This document shows, piece after piece, positions 19,393 to 30,683 of a stretch of 64,000 nt of DNA; within the stretch, counting starts at the first letter, position 1, and each line of letters opens with the position of its first letter. The notes under the pieces are model-generated. The model was not told where the DNA came from, ran no database searches, and saw only the letters and a program-made list of their open reading frames with translations. This DNA is from an uncultured Acidobacteriota bacterium (GTDB lineage Bacteria > Acidobacteriota > Vicinamibacteria > Vicinamibacterales > CAVPJW01). Location of the stretch: positions 448,789 to 512,788 of the forward strand of contig CAVPJW010000004.1 of NCBI GenBank assembly GCA_963705525.1, given 5' to 3'. A program made the position numbers and the translations under genes.

Positions 19393-20238
19393 TCAGTAGT
19401 CATATACCCCCCTTCCCACCTTCTTCCCCAATCGTCCCGCACGTACGTGTTGAACGAGCAATGGACAGGGACGATACTTCTCGCCGAGTGAGCGGTGCAT
19501 GAATTCCAGCACAGCCAGACGCGTGTCGAGCCCGACCAGGTCGACCAGCTCGAACGGCCCCATGGGGTGATTGAGGCCGAGCTTCAAGGCCTTGTCGATG
19601 TCGCGCGCGGAGGCGACGCCCTCCTGGAGCATGAAGAAGGCTTCATTTCCAATCATCGCGTTGATGCGGCTCGTGATGAAGCCGGGCGACTCGCGCACGA
19701 GGACGGTATCCTTCCCCATCCGGTGCGCGACGTCCTCGACGGCCGCGAGCGTCTCCGGCGCGGTCTCGAGGCCCCGCACAATCTCCACGAGCTTCATCTT
19801 GTGAACCGGGTTGAAGAAGTGCATGCCCGCAAAGCGGCCGGGTCTCGAGAGCACCGCCGCCATCTCCGTAATGCTCAGGCCTGATGTGTTCGATGTGATC
19901 ACGGCGGAAGCGGGCGCCAGTGAATCGACCTGTCCCAGGAGATCCGTCTTGAGATCGATGCGTTCGGGCGCCGCTTCGATGACGAGATCCGCCTGGCCTA
20001 CCGCTTCGCTCACCTCGGTCGTCGTCCGGAGTCGAGCGAGCGCGGCGTTCCGATCGACAGCCGACAGCTTGCCGATCTCGACCGCCGACGACGCAATCTT
20101 CTCGATTTGATTGCACGCTTCGTCCAAGACCAGCCTGGAGATATCGAAGAGAGTGGTATCAAAGCCGCCCGCAATGCCGGCATAGGCGATGCCGCGGCCC
20201 ATCGTGCCCGCGCCCAAAACCGCGATCCGCAGAATCAT
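19393..20238 (-). CDS. 3-hydroxyacyl-CoA dehydrogenase (NAD-binding)
   Basis: IAVLGAGTMGRGIA Rossmann motif and the HFFNPV..MKLVEI block. Confidence 0.92.
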   Translation of the reverse strand: MILRIAVLGAGTMGRGIAYAGIAGGFDTTLFDISRLVLDEACNQIEKIASSAVEIGKLSAVDRNAALARLRTTTEVSEAVGQADLVIEAAPERIDLKTDLLGQVDSLAPASAVITSNTSGLSITEMAAVLSRPGRFAGMHFFNPVHKMKLVEIVRGLETAPETLAAVEDVAHRMGKDTVLVRESPGFITSRINAMIGNEAFFMLQEGVASARDIDKALKLGLNHPMGPFELVDLVGLDTRLAVLEFMHRSLGEKYRPCPLLVQHVRAGRLGKKVGRGVYDY

Positions 20239-20258
20239 CCCGTGAGTCTCGTCATCAG

Positions 20259-20300
20259 CCCGAAGCCAGGAGTCAGGAGTCCGAAGCCGAGAGGCCGCGG
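20259..20300. repeat. Tandem degenerate 7-bp repeat (6 units)
   Basis: CCCGAAG CCAGGAG TCAGGAG TCCGAAG CCGAGAG GCCGCGG. Intercistronic. Confidence 0.8.
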
Positions 20301-20314
20301 ATCTCCAATTCTGG

Positions 20315-21775
20315 TCACGGATTCAGATCCACAAAAACGCTCTTCACTTGCGTATAGTGCTCGAGGGCATGCGCGCCTAACTCGCGCCCGAACCCGCTCT
20401 GCTTGTAGCCGCCGAACGGCGCGGCTGTATCGTACACGTTGTAGGTGTTCACCCAGACGGTGCCGGCCTGGAGGCGCCGCGCCACGTAATGGGCCTTCTT
20501 GATGTCCTTGGTCCAGACGGCTGCCGCCAAACCGTAGCCCGAGGCGTTCGCGCGGGCAATCGCCTCGTCCACATCGGCAAACTCTATCGCAGCCAGAACC
20601 GGCCCGAAGATTTCTTCTCGCGCGATTGTCATCTCGGGTGTCACGTGTGCGAAGACGGTCGGTTCGAGAAAGAAGCCCTTTCCCGTGCCGATGTCCGCAC
20701 GACGGCCTCCCGCGACGAGCGACGCACCCTCCTGCTTTCCGATCTCGATGTAATGAAGCACGCGGTCGAGCTGCGACTTCGACGCGATCGCTCCGAGCCT
20801 TGTCTTCGGATTCAGCGGATCGCCGGGTGTCATTTTCTGCGCTCGTGCGGCCACCTTCCCGACAAACTCGTCACGGATGCTCCGATCGACGAGCAATCGA
20901 GATCCGGCGGCGCACACCTCGCCCTTTCCGTAAAAGATCCCGGTGGTCGCGCCTCGCACGGCGGCCTCGAGGTCGGCATCCGGCAGCACGATGTTCGCCG
21001 ATTTTCCTCCCAGCTCGAGCGTGATGCGCTTGAGAGAATCGGCGGACCCCCGCATGATCTCCCGACCGGTTGACGTGTCGCCGGTGAACGCAATCTTGTC
21101 GATGCCGGGATGCTCGACAATCTGACGTCCCAGGGTTGCTCCCGACCCGGTCAACACGTTCAGCACTCCGGGAGGCAGCCCTGCCTCGATCGCAATCTCT
21201 CCGAGCGCGAGAGCCGTGAGCGGCGTCTGACTCGCGGGCTTGATGATGACGGTATTCCCGCACGCGAGCGCCGGGCCCACCTTCCACGTCGTCAGCAGCA
21301 GTGGAAAGTTCCACGGCACGATGGCGGCAACGACGCCAACGGGTTCGCGGAGCGTGTAGGTCAGGTAGTTGCCCTTGACGGGAATCGTTTCGCCATGGAT
21401 TTTGTCGGCCCACCCCGCGTAGTACCGAAGGCATTCGGCCGAGGCGGGAATCTCAATCTGCCGCGACTCGAAAATCGGCTTGCCGTTGTGCAGGGTTTCG
21501 AGCCGGGCGATTTCATCCGCCCGTTCGAGAAGTGCGTCGGCCATCTTCCAGATCAGAAGTCCACGCTCGCGCGCGGACATTCGACCCCATGGCCCGTCGA
21601 GCGCTGCGCGCGCAGCCGCCACCGCCCGATCGAGATCGTCCCGCTCAGCCGACGCCACGGCCGCGATCGTCTCTTCCGTGGCAGGGTTGATGACGTCGAT
21701 CGTTCGGCCCGCGGATCCTGCGCGCCACTCGTTGTTGATCAGGAGCTTGCCGGTGATGACGGAAGTGGAGGTCAT
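20315..21775 (-). CDS. Aldehyde dehydrogenase family protein (possible BoxD-type role)
   Basis: ALDH blocks FPLLLTTWKVGPALACGNTVIIKPA, ELGGKSANIV and GEVCAAGSR (catalytic Cys). 486 aa. Confidence 0.92.
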   Translation of the reverse strand: MTSTSVITGKLLINNEWRAGSAGRTIDVINPATEETIAAVASAERDDLDRAVAAARAALDGPWGRMSARERGLLIWKMADALLERADEIARLETLHNGKPIFESRQIEIPASAECLRYYAGWADKIHGETIPVKGNYLTYTLREPVGVVAAIVPWNFPLLLTTWKVGPALACGNTVIIKPASQTPLTALALGEIAIEAGLPPGVLNVLTGSGATLGRQIVEHPGIDKIAFTGDTSTGREIMRGSADSLKRITLELGGKSANIVLPDADLEAAVRGATTGIFYGKGEVCAAGSRLLVDRSIRDEFVGKVAARAQKMTPGDPLNPKTRLGAIASKSQLDRVLHYIEIGKQEGASLVAGGRRADIGTGKGFFLEPTVFAHVTPEMTIAREEIFGPVLAAIEFADVDEAIARANASGYGLAAAVWTKDIKKAHYVARRLQAGTVWVNTYNVYDTAAPFGGYKQSGFGRELGAHALEHYTQVKSVFVDLNP

Positions 21776-21834
21776 GTTGTTCAGAACGGAAATGGCACGG
21801 GGTTCAAAAGAACATCGCGCCGGGATTGGCTGCC

Positions 21835-21905
21835 AGTTTTAGTTGTCCGTTGTTCGTGTCACCAAAACTAAGAACTAAGAACCAAGAACTAAGAACTTCA
21901 GAAGC
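21835..21905. repeat. 7-bp tandem repeat arm (AAGAACT-type, 6 units) with a degenerate inverted arm
   Basis: AAAACTA AGAACTA AGAACCA AGAACTA AGAACTT CAGAAGC at 21864..21905, preceded by AGTTTTAGTTGTCCGTTGTTCGTG (partial reverse complement). Confidence 0.75.
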
Positions 21906-21906
21906 C

Positions 21907-22710
21907 TCATTCCCCCGTAAACCGCGGCGTTCGCTTCTCGAGATTCGCTCGCAGCCCTTCCTTCGCATCCTCGCCTTCGAACAACAGCTGCTGCAGCTCG
22001 CGTTCGAGCGTCAGGCCTTCGGCGAGGCCGACATCGAGGCCAGACTGCACCGCCCGCTTGATCCTGCCGACCGCTCGGCTCGCGCGCTGTGGCGCCGTGA
22101 ATTGCCTGGCGTAGTCGAGCAGCACATCCCGGAATGCGCGGCCCGCCAGGCGATCTTCGTCCCACACTTCATTGACGAGGCCCATCTGCAGCGCCTCGTC
22201 GAAGGTCATCAGGCGGCCCGTTGCCATCAGCTCGATGGCTCGCGACTTGCCGAGCAGCCTGGCCAGGCGCTGCGTGCCTCCCGTGCCGGGCAGCACGCCC
22301 AGCATGACTTCGGGCAGGCCGATCTTCCCGGCACCGCGACGGCCGATCCGCAGATCCGCGGCCAACGCCACCTCGAGTCCCCCGCCGACGGTATGACCGT
22401 TCAGCCCGGCGATGACCAGTTTCGGCGTCTGCTCGAACCGGTTGAGCGTCTCATTGGCGTGCAGGCAGAAGTAGTACTTCCACTGCGGGTCGGCGTCGGC
22501 AAGCATCTTGATGTTCGCGCCCGCGCAGAAAAATCGATCGCCGGATCCGGTAAGGACGATGGCGTGCACCGACGCGTCCATCCTGGCGACCAGGATCGCC
22601 TCGTCGAGCTCGCGCATCATCTCATAGCTGTAGGTATTCGCCGGCGGGTCGTTCAGCTCGAGGAGCGCGACCCGATCGTGAACCGAATACAGGATCTTGC
22701 TGGAAGACAT
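21907..22710 (-). CDS. Enoyl-CoA hydratase/isomerase family protein
   Basis: Crotonase fold blocks VLTGSGDRFFCAGANI and GHTVGGGLEVALAADLR. Start MSSSKILY at 22710. Confidence 0.9.
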   Translation of the reverse strand: MSSSKILYSVHDRVALLELNDPPANTYSYEMMRELDEAILVARMDASVHAIVLTGSGDRFFCAGANIKMLADADPQWKYYFCLHANETLNRFEQTPKLVIAGLNGHTVGGGLEVALAADLRIGRRGAGKIGLPEVMLGVLPGTGGTQRLARLLGKSRAIELMATGRLMTFDEALQMGLVNEVWDEDRLAGRAFRDVLLDYARQFTAPQRASRAVGRIKRAVQSGLDVGLAEGLTLERELQQLLFEGEDAKEGLRANLEKRTPRFTGE

Positions 22711-22738
22711 GAGGCCTATTCTATCCGGCACCGTGACG

Positions 22739-23449
22739 TCACTGCGCGGTCTCGCCAGGCCGAAGCTCGAGGACCTCAACGCCTGCTGGCTCCACAAGCG
22801 AGCGAAACGCGGCGACCGTTCCGGTCAACGAGGGGAACGTTCCGAAGTGCATCGGGATCGCCTGGCGCACTCCCAGCATCTGGCAGGCGCGGGCGGCCGC
22901 CGCGGGTCCCATCGTGAAACGATCGCCAATCGGAAGCATCGCGATGTCCGGGTGATGTAGCTCGCGGATGAGCGTCATGTCGCCGAAGAGCGCGGTATCC
23001 CCGGCGAAATACACGCATGGACCCGCCTCCATCGCCACGACGAATCCCGCCGGGTTCCCCAGCGTCATCACGTCGCCGTCGACGGTCACGCTGCTGCTGT
23101 GGAGCGCGGGGACCATCGTGATCGTCACGTCCCTGACGCGGATCGTGCCGCCAATATTCATCGCGTGGAGGCCCCGCAAGCCTCGACGCTCCAGCCAGCG
23201 ACACATCTCCAGGTTGGCGACCACACCGGCGCCGCTCCGGCGAGCCACCGGTTCGACATCGCCGAAATGATCGGCATGCGCGTGAGACGCCAGGATGAGA
23301 TCAACGGCCTCGAGATGCTTGTATGCGTCGGGACAGGCCGGGTTGTCGACCAGCCAGGGATCGAAGAGCAGCCGGGTGCCGTGGGGCGTCTTGAGCAGGA
23401 ACGTGCTGTGCCCCAGCCACGTGATGGCGAGACGGGAAGGTATCGTCAC
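22739..23449 (-). CDS. Metallo-beta-lactamase-fold hydrolase (UPF0173-like)
   Basis: ITWLGHSTFLL...ASHAHADHFGD motif. Confidence 0.85.
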   Translation of the reverse strand: MTIPSRLAITWLGHSTFLLKTPHGTRLLFDPWLVDNPACPDAYKHLEAVDLILASHAHADHFGDVEPVARRSGAGVVANLEMCRWLERRGLRGLHAMNIGGTIRVRDVTITMVPALHSSSVTVDGDVMTLGNPAGFVVAMEAGPCVYFAGDTALFGDMTLIRELHHPDIAMLPIGDRFTMGPAAAARACQMLGVRQAIPMHFGTFPSLTGTVAAFRSLVEPAGVEVLELRPGETAQ

Positions 23450-23461
23450 GAAGCCCGGATT

Positions 23462-24880
23462 CTACTCCTCCGTTCTCACGTATTCGAAATCGATAGGTTG
23501 GCGATTGATGCCGCGCTGAGGTGGAGCGATGTAGTTGGCGAAGAGCCCCGGCTGGTAGACGGGCTCGGTCATGATGCTCAGGAGATATTCCTTGTCCGCA
23601 GGCGACGGCAGCCACTCGTGCTTGCGGCGAGCCCACTCCTCGGCTGACAGGGGTTGTCCGGTGACGTCGCAGTGAAAGTTCGAGTACATCCCGATGCCCC
23701 TGTTGAACTTTCGATCCGGCAGCCTGAGGCGGTCCGACATTCCGTAGCGCTCGAAGATCCGGTTCCAGCGATCGACCCCCGACTGGCAGTCGTCCACATA
23801 CCAGTCGCGCAGCACCTCGTTGAGCGCGTTGCGCATCGGGACTTCTCTCGCCATGGCGTGGCCGTTTTCCATCATCGGGAGCCGGTAGAAGGCTTCCGTG
23901 ATGCGGTGATCCTCGAATTGATCCTCTTTGGCCCGGCCCTTCAACCCGTTGGCAAAATAGGACGCCGCATTGCTGGAGACCTCGCTGCCGTGGAGATCGA
24001 GGCTCTGGCTGAACCAGAAATTGAGGTGCTTCTGAATCGTCGGGAGATCGATCCCGCCGAGCTTGCGCACATCCTCAGAGTACCCGGACTCCTTCATCAG
24101 CTGACAGGTCCGCTCGATGATCCGCGCGACCCCGGTTTCGCCGACGAACATGTGGTGGGCTTCCTCGGTGAGCATGAATCGCGTGGTGCGCGAGAGCGGA
24201 TCGAGCGAGCTCTCGGACAGCGACATCAACTGCGACTTGCCGTCCCGATCCGTGAACATCGTGAACATGAAGAAGTCGAGCCAGGTCTCGATCGGCTCGT
24301 TGAACGCCTCGAGAATCCTCGGTTTGTCCCGGTTGCCGCTCGAACGCGCCAGGAGCTCCTCGGCCTCGTCTCGCCCATCACGCCCGAAGTACGAGTGCAG
24401 CAGGTAGACCATCGCCCAGAGATGGCGCCCCTCTTCGACGTTCACCTGGAAAAGGTTGCGCAGGTCGTACAGGCTTGGGCAGCGGCTCCCCAGACGCCGC
24501 TGCTGCTCGACGCTGGCCGGCTCGGTATCGCCTTGCGTCACGATAAGGCGGCGGAGCTGGTTGCGGAACTCTCCCGGCACTTCCTGCCAGACGGGCTGAC
24601 CGTAGAAGTCGCCGAACCCGATGCGGCGATCGTGCGTCGGCTCGGCGAGGAAGATGCCCCACCGATATTCCGGCAGCCGCACGTACTCGAAATGCGCCCA
24701 CCCTTCCGCGTCGACGCTGACCGCGGTCCGCAGATATACCTGATGATGCTGCTGGAACCCCTGCGGGCCCATGTCGCGCCACCACTCGAGATACTTCGGC
24801 TGCCAGTGCTCGAGCGCACGCTGCAGTCGTTTGTCGCTCGACAATCCGACGTTGTTCGGGATGCGTTCTGCGGAGATCAC
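23462..24880 (-). CDS. boxB: Benzoyl-CoA 2,3-epoxidase, oxygenase component B
   Basis: 472 aa. Blocks IPNNVGLS, IVTQGDTEPASVEQQR, LYDLRNLFQVNVEEGRHLWAMVYLLH, MLTEEAHHMFVGE and GINRQPIDFEYVR match my recollection of Azoarcus BoxB almost residue for residue. Confidence 0.92.
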   Translation of the reverse strand: MISAERIPNNVGLSSDKRLQRALEHWQPKYLEWWRDMGPQGFQQHHQVYLRTAVSVDAEGWAHFEYVRLPEYRWGIFLAEPTHDRRIGFGDFYGQPVWQEVPGEFRNQLRRLIVTQGDTEPASVEQQRRLGSRCPSLYDLRNLFQVNVEEGRHLWAMVYLLHSYFGRDGRDEAEELLARSSGNRDKPRILEAFNEPIETWLDFFMFTMFTDRDGKSQLMSLSESSLDPLSRTTRFMLTEEAHHMFVGETGVARIIERTCQLMKESGYSEDVRKLGGIDLPTIQKHLNFWFSQSLDLHGSEVSSNAASYFANGLKGRAKEDQFEDHRITEAFYRLPMMENGHAMAREVPMRNALNEVLRDWYVDDCQSGVDRWNRIFERYGMSDRLRLPDRKFNRGIGMYSNFHCDVTGQPLSAEEWARRKHEWLPSPADKEYLLSIMTEPVYQPGLFANYIAPPQRGINRQPIDFEYVRTEE

Positions 24881-26566
<1,686 letters not shown>

Positions 26567-26599
26567 TCAGATGTTCCGGGCGTCTCCGGACCTTGCGTG

Positions 26600-26619
26600 A
26601 TTTGAACGATCGTTCAAAT
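26600..26619. promoter_or_regulatory. Perfect 20-bp palindrome, candidate TetR operator in the boxC/tetR divergent region
   Basis: ATTTGAACGATCGTTCAAAT is its own reverse complement. It is followed by TATACT and further GAAC(C) half-site-like copies up to the tetR start codon. Confidence 0.5.
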
Positions 26620-26655
26620 TATACTGTAGCTCAGCGAACCGTTGAACCCTGAACG

Positions 26656-27315
26656 ATGAACCCTGAGCGCCCCCTTGACATCCTCAAATCGGCGGCGGCC
26701 GCCTTCCGGCGGCATGGTTATCACGGTTCGAGCGTCGGCAAGATCGCCGATGCGCTCGGCATGACGAAGGGCAGCCTCTACTATCACTTCAAAGACAAAG
26801 AGGCGATCCTGCTGGCCTGTCACACGTACTCGCTCGACGCGCTGCTCGCTCTCCTCGCCGACGTCGAGGACAGTTCAGCGCCGCCCGATGTGAAGCTCGA
26901 GCGGCTGGTCGCGGGGTTCGTGCACACGATTCTCGACGAGCTCCACGGCACGGCCCTGTTTCTCGACCTGGACGCACTCGGTCGACGCAACCTGCGACAG
27001 GTTGTCAAGCGTCGAGATCAGTTCGATCGCGGCATGAGGCGCGTCATCAGGGACGGCATTCGCCAGGGCGTGTTCGCGCCGGTCGATCCAAAGCTCGTCA
27101 GCTTCGCCATCCTTGGCGCGGTGAACTGGATCCCGCGCTGGTTCAAGCCGACCGGACGGGCCCACTCTGACGAGATCATCAGGACGTACAGCAGTTTCTT
27201 CATTCAGGGGCTTCGTTCCCGCAGCAAGGCCCCGAGGACTGTGGACAGAGGCCGACGCCGCCGACATCAGAAAGAGCGCCCTCGACGCCGGGTCGCAAAG
27301 CCTGGTGTACCATGA
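26656..27315 (+). CDS. TetR/AcrR family transcriptional regulator
   Basis: HTH block GYHGSSVGKIADALGMTKGSLYYHFKDKEAIL. Confidence 0.9.
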   Translation: MNPERPLDILKSAAAAFRRHGYHGSSVGKIADALGMTKGSLYYHFKDKEAILLACHTYSLDALLALLADVEDSSAPPDVKLERLVAGFVHTILDELHGTALFLDLDALGRRNLRQVVKRRDQFDRGMRRVIRDGIRQGVFAPVDPKLVSFAILGAVNWIPRWFKPTGRAHSDEIIRTYSSFFIQGLRSRSKAPRTVDRGRRRRHQKERPRRRVAKPGVP

Positions 27316-28247
27316 GCAGGATGCCGTCCACCGACACGCTGACACCGCAGAAGCCGCGCGAGCCAAAGCCCGAATGGCTGAAGGTCCGCGCGCCCGGCTC
27401 GGCCGGCTATCTGCGCCTCCAGGGGCTGATGCGGGAGCTCAAGCTTCACACCGTGTGCGAAGAGGCTCGCTGCCCCAACATCGGAGAGTGTTGGGGCTAC
27501 GGGACGGCGACCTTCATGATCCTTGGCGACCTGTGCACCCGCGCATGCACCTACTGCGCGGTCGGGCACGGGCGGCCCGGGGCATTGGACCCTGCAGAAC
27601 CGATTCGGCTTGCGCACGCCGTCAAGACGATGGCGCTCGACTACGTCGTTGTGACGTCCGTCGATCGCGACGACTTGCCGGACGGCGGCGCCTCCGTGTT
27701 CGCCGAGACGATCCGCCAAATCCGACAGCTCGTTCCGTCCTGTCGCATCGAAGTGCTGATTCCGGATTTCCAGGGCCGCGACAAGTCGCTGCGAGCCGTG
27801 CTCGACGCCGGCCCGGACATCCTGAACCACAACACGGAGACCGTTCCCAGACTGTATCGAGCCGTGCGATCGGGTGGACGATATGCGCGCACGCTCGAGC
27901 TCCTGGAACGCTCGAATCGGTACGCGCCACAGATTCCCACCAAGTCCGGCGTCATGGTGGGCCTCGGCGAAGAGTGGCCGGAGTTGCTCGCCACTTTTCG
28001 CGACCTCCGCAGTGCCGGGTGCCGGATTCTGACGATTGGGCAGTATCTGCGTCCCTCCGCCGACCATGCGCCGATGACCCGGTACTATCATCCGGATGAA
28101 TTCGCGGCGCTCAAGGCGGACGCGCTCGCGCTGGGATTCGCACACGTCGAATCGGGCCCTCTCGTCCGAAGCTCCTACCACGCGCACGAGCAGGCGGACG
28201 CGGCCATCCGCACGCACTCGGACTCCGATCGGCCAGCCGCCGGCTGA
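27312..28247 (+). CDS. lipA: Lipoyl synthase
   Basis: CEEARCPNIGECW auxiliary-cluster motif and radical-SAM CTRACTYC. Confidence 0.95.
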   Translation: MSRMPSTDTLTPQKPREPKPEWLKVRAPGSAGYLRLQGLMRELKLHTVCEEARCPNIGECWGYGTATFMILGDLCTRACTYCAVGHGRPGALDPAEPIRLAHAVKTMALDYVVVTSVDRDDLPDGGASVFAETIRQIRQLVPSCRIEVLIPDFQGRDKSLRAVLDAGPDILNHNTETVPRLYRAVRSGGRYARTLELLERSNRYAPQIPTKSGVMVGLGEEWPELLATFRDLRSAGCRILTIGQYLRPSADHAPMTRYYHPDEFAALKADALALGFAHVESGPLVRSSYHAHEQADAAIRTHSDSDRPAAG

Positions 28248-28258
28248 GCAGACGGCTC

Positions 28259-28951
28259 GTGCTCCTCGAGACAATTCGTCGTGACATCGTCGCATGCGGC
28301 CGCTGCCCTCGGTTGCGCGCGTACTGCCAGCGCGTCGCACATGAGAAGAAAGCCGCGCACCGAGATGACGAGTACTGGGGTCGGCCCGTACCCGGCTTCG
28401 GCGATCCCTCGGCTCGGCTGCTGATCCTCGGGCTGGCGCCCGCGGCGCACGGCGCCAATCGAACGGGGCGCGTATTCACCGGGGACGGCTCGGGCGATTT
28501 CCTGATGGCGGCGCTTCACCGGGCCGGGTTCGCCAATCTCACGACGTCCCAGCAGAGCGATGACGGGTTGACGCTGTCAGACGCCTACATCGCGGTGGCC
28601 GTGCGGTGCGCACCGCCTGGCAACAAGCCGTCGGCGACTGAGCTCGCCAACTGTCTGCCACACCTTCAGCGCGAAGTTGCCGCGCTCGGTGGCGTTCAAG
28701 TGGTGGTCGCGCTTGGAAGAATCGCGTTCGATGCGTACTGGAAGATCGTGGCGGATGCGACTCGGGACCTGGAGCGGGCGCAAATGCCCTTTGGTCACGC
28801 GCGCGTGTATCGACCACCAGGCGTGCCGGCCGTCGTGGCGTCGTACCATCCCAGCCGGCAGAACACGAACACGGGGCGCCTGACGGCGCCCATGTTCGAC
28901 CTCGTGTTCAGGAAGGCGAAAGCGCTGCTTACCCCTGCTCGTCGGGCCTGA
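28259..28951 (+). CDS. Uracil-DNA glycosylase superfamily protein (family 4/5-like)
   Basis: CGRCPRL Fe-S motif and [19 protein letters not shown] block. GTG start. Confidence 0.85.
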   Translation: MLLETIRRDIVACGRCPRLRAYCQRVAHEKKAAHRDDEYWGRPVPGFGDPSARLLILGLAPAAHGANRTGRVFTGDGSGDFLMAALHRAGFANLTTSQQSDDGLTLSDAYIAVAVRCAPPGNKPSATELANCLPHLQREVAALGGVQVVVALGRIAFDAYWKIVADATRDLERAQMPFGHARVYRPPGVPAVVASYHPSRQNTNTGRLTAPMFDLVFRKAKALLTPARRA

Positions 28952-29948
28952 CGCTGACGGGATTCAGAAACGGCATCATCTGCCGCAGGCGGGCGCCGAC
29001 TTCCTCGATGAGCTGATCCTGTTCCTTCTGCCGGGTCGCCTTGAACCACGGACGCCCTTTCTCGTTCTCGGCCACCCACCGGCACGCGTACGTCCCGTTC
29101 TGAATCTCTTCGAGCATCTTCTTCATCTCGGCCCTGGTCTCGTTCGTGATCACGCGAGGCCCGCCGGTATAGTCCCCGTGCTCCGCGGTATCACTGACCG
29201 AGTACCGCATGTAATTCAAGCCGCCGCGATACATCAGATCGACGATGAGCTTGAGCTCGTGAAGACACTCGAAATAGGCAATCTCGGGCTGATACCCGGC
29301 CTCGACCAGCGTTTCAAATCCGGCCTTGATCAGGGCGCTGACGCCGCCGCAGAGGACCGCCTGCTCGCCGAACAAATCGGTCTCGGTCTCTTCCGCGAAC
29401 GTCGTTTCGAGCACGCCGGCTCGCGTGGCGCCGATGGCTTTCGCGTACGACAGCGCCAACGCCTTGGCCGATCCGGTCGCATCCTGGTGGACAGCGAGGA
29501 GCGACGGCGTGCCGCCACCCTCGACGAAGACTTCGCGCACGCGGTGTCCGGGCGCCTTGGGCGCAATCATCGCGACGTCCACGTCGGCGGGCGGCTGGAT
29601 GGTGCCGAACCTGATGTTGAACCCGTGCGCGAACATCAGCATCTTGCCGGCGGTGAGATGCGGGGCGATCGATTCCTTGTAGACGCGCGGCTGCGTCGTG
29701 TCGGGCACGAGCATCATGATCACGTCGGCCCACTTCGCGACGTCGGCGATCGAGCGGACTTCCAGCCCGGCGGCCTGCGCCTTTCCTCGAGATCGACTGC
29801 CCTCGTGCAGACCCACCTGCACGCTGACGCCGCTGTCCCTGAGATTCAAGGCGTGAGCATGTCCCTGCGAACCGTAGCCGATGACGGCCACGTGCTTCTT
29901 GCGAATGAGCGCGATGTCTGCGGAGTCGTCGTAGTAGATGGTGGCCAT
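28929..29948 (-). CDS. ilvC: Ketol-acid reductoisomerase
   Basis: [40 protein letters not shown]..., class I KARI. 339 aa. Confidence 0.96.
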   Translation of the reverse strand: MATIYYDDSADIALIRKKHVAVIGYGSQGHAHALNLRDSGVSVQVGLHEGSRSRGKAQAAGLEVRSIADVAKWADVIMMLVPDTTQPRVYKESIAPHLTAGKMLMFAHGFNIRFGTIQPPADVDVAMIAPKAPGHRVREVFVEGGGTPSLLAVHQDATGSAKALALSYAKAIGATRAGVLETTFAEETETDLFGEQAVLCGGVSALIKAGFETLVEAGYQPEIAYFECLHELKLIVDLMYRGGLNYMRYSVSDTAEHGDYTGGPRVITNETRAEMKKMLEEIQNGTYACRWVAENEKGRPWFKATRQKEQDQLIEEVGARLRQMMPFLNPVSVRPDEQG

Positions 29949-29963
29949 GGGGAGATCCTCGCT

Positions 29964-30116
29964 AGGCTTCAGACTACGGGCTTCAGGCTACGGGCTACGG
30001 GTTTCAGGCTACAGGCTACAGGATCACGTTCCGCACAGGCGGGGCGGAACTCCCTTCAGGTGCCACGCTTCGAGAGCTCAAGCCCTGAAGCCGGGAGCCT
30101 GCAGCCCGGAGCCTAC
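29964..30116. repeat. Periodic inverted repeat: 9 heptads (AGGCTAC type) and 5 reverse-complement heptads about 55 bp away
   Basis: Left arm AGGCTTC AGACTAC GGGCTTC AGGCTAC GGGCTAC GGGTTTC AGGCTAC AGGCTAC AGGATCA. Right arm GCCCTGA AGCCGGG AGCCTGC AGCCCGG AGCCTAC. Lies between the ilvN stop and the ilvC start. Confidence 0.85.
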
Positions 30117-30679
30117 ACAGAATAAGAAATATTGTCTTCGTCTGACGCCGTCTCGGTGGTCGACGGGCCGACGGCGTCCGACACGGCCGAGCCGCGCGCC
30201 ATGGCGACACGCCCGGTGCGCGCCATCTCGATCACGCCGTACGGCAGCAGCATCTCCAGCATGCCGTCGATCTTGTCCTCGGATCCCGTGATCTCGATGA
30301 TGAGCGAATCGGTCGCCACGTCCACGACACGCGCGCGGAACACGTTGACGAGCTGCATGACGTGCGAGCGCGACTCAGCATTGGCGGCCACCTTGATCAT
30401 CGCAAGGTCCCTCACCACGCTCGGCTTCGTCGTCACATCATCGACGCGGAGAACGTTGACGAGCTTGTACAAATGGGCTTCAAGGCGTCGCGCGCCGCCC
30501 TCGTCGGTTTCGACGACGATAGTCATCCGCGACACGCCCGCGATCTCGGTGCGCCCGACCGTCAACGAGTCGATGTTGTACGCCCGCCGTCGAAAGAGCG
30601 ACGAGACCCGGTTCAAGACTCCGGGACGGTCCTCGACGAGCACGATGATCGTCCTCAGCATGAGTTGGCCTTCCTCCAA
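30113..30679 (-). CDS. ilvN: Acetolactate synthase small (regulatory) subunit
   Basis: ACT domain LRTIIVLVEDRPGVLNRVSSLFRRRAYNIDSLTVG. The start may be MLRT at 30661. Confidence 0.93.
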   Translation of the reverse strand: MEEGQLMLRTIIVLVEDRPGVLNRVSSLFRRRAYNIDSLTVGRTEIAGVSRMTIVVETDEGGARRLEAHLYKLVNVLRVDDVTTKPSVVRDLAMIKVAANAESRSHVMQLVNVFRARVVDVATDSLIIEITGSEDKIDGMLEMLLPYGVIEMARTGRVAMARGSAVSDAVGPSTTETASDEDNISYSV

Positions 30680-30683
30680 TCGG

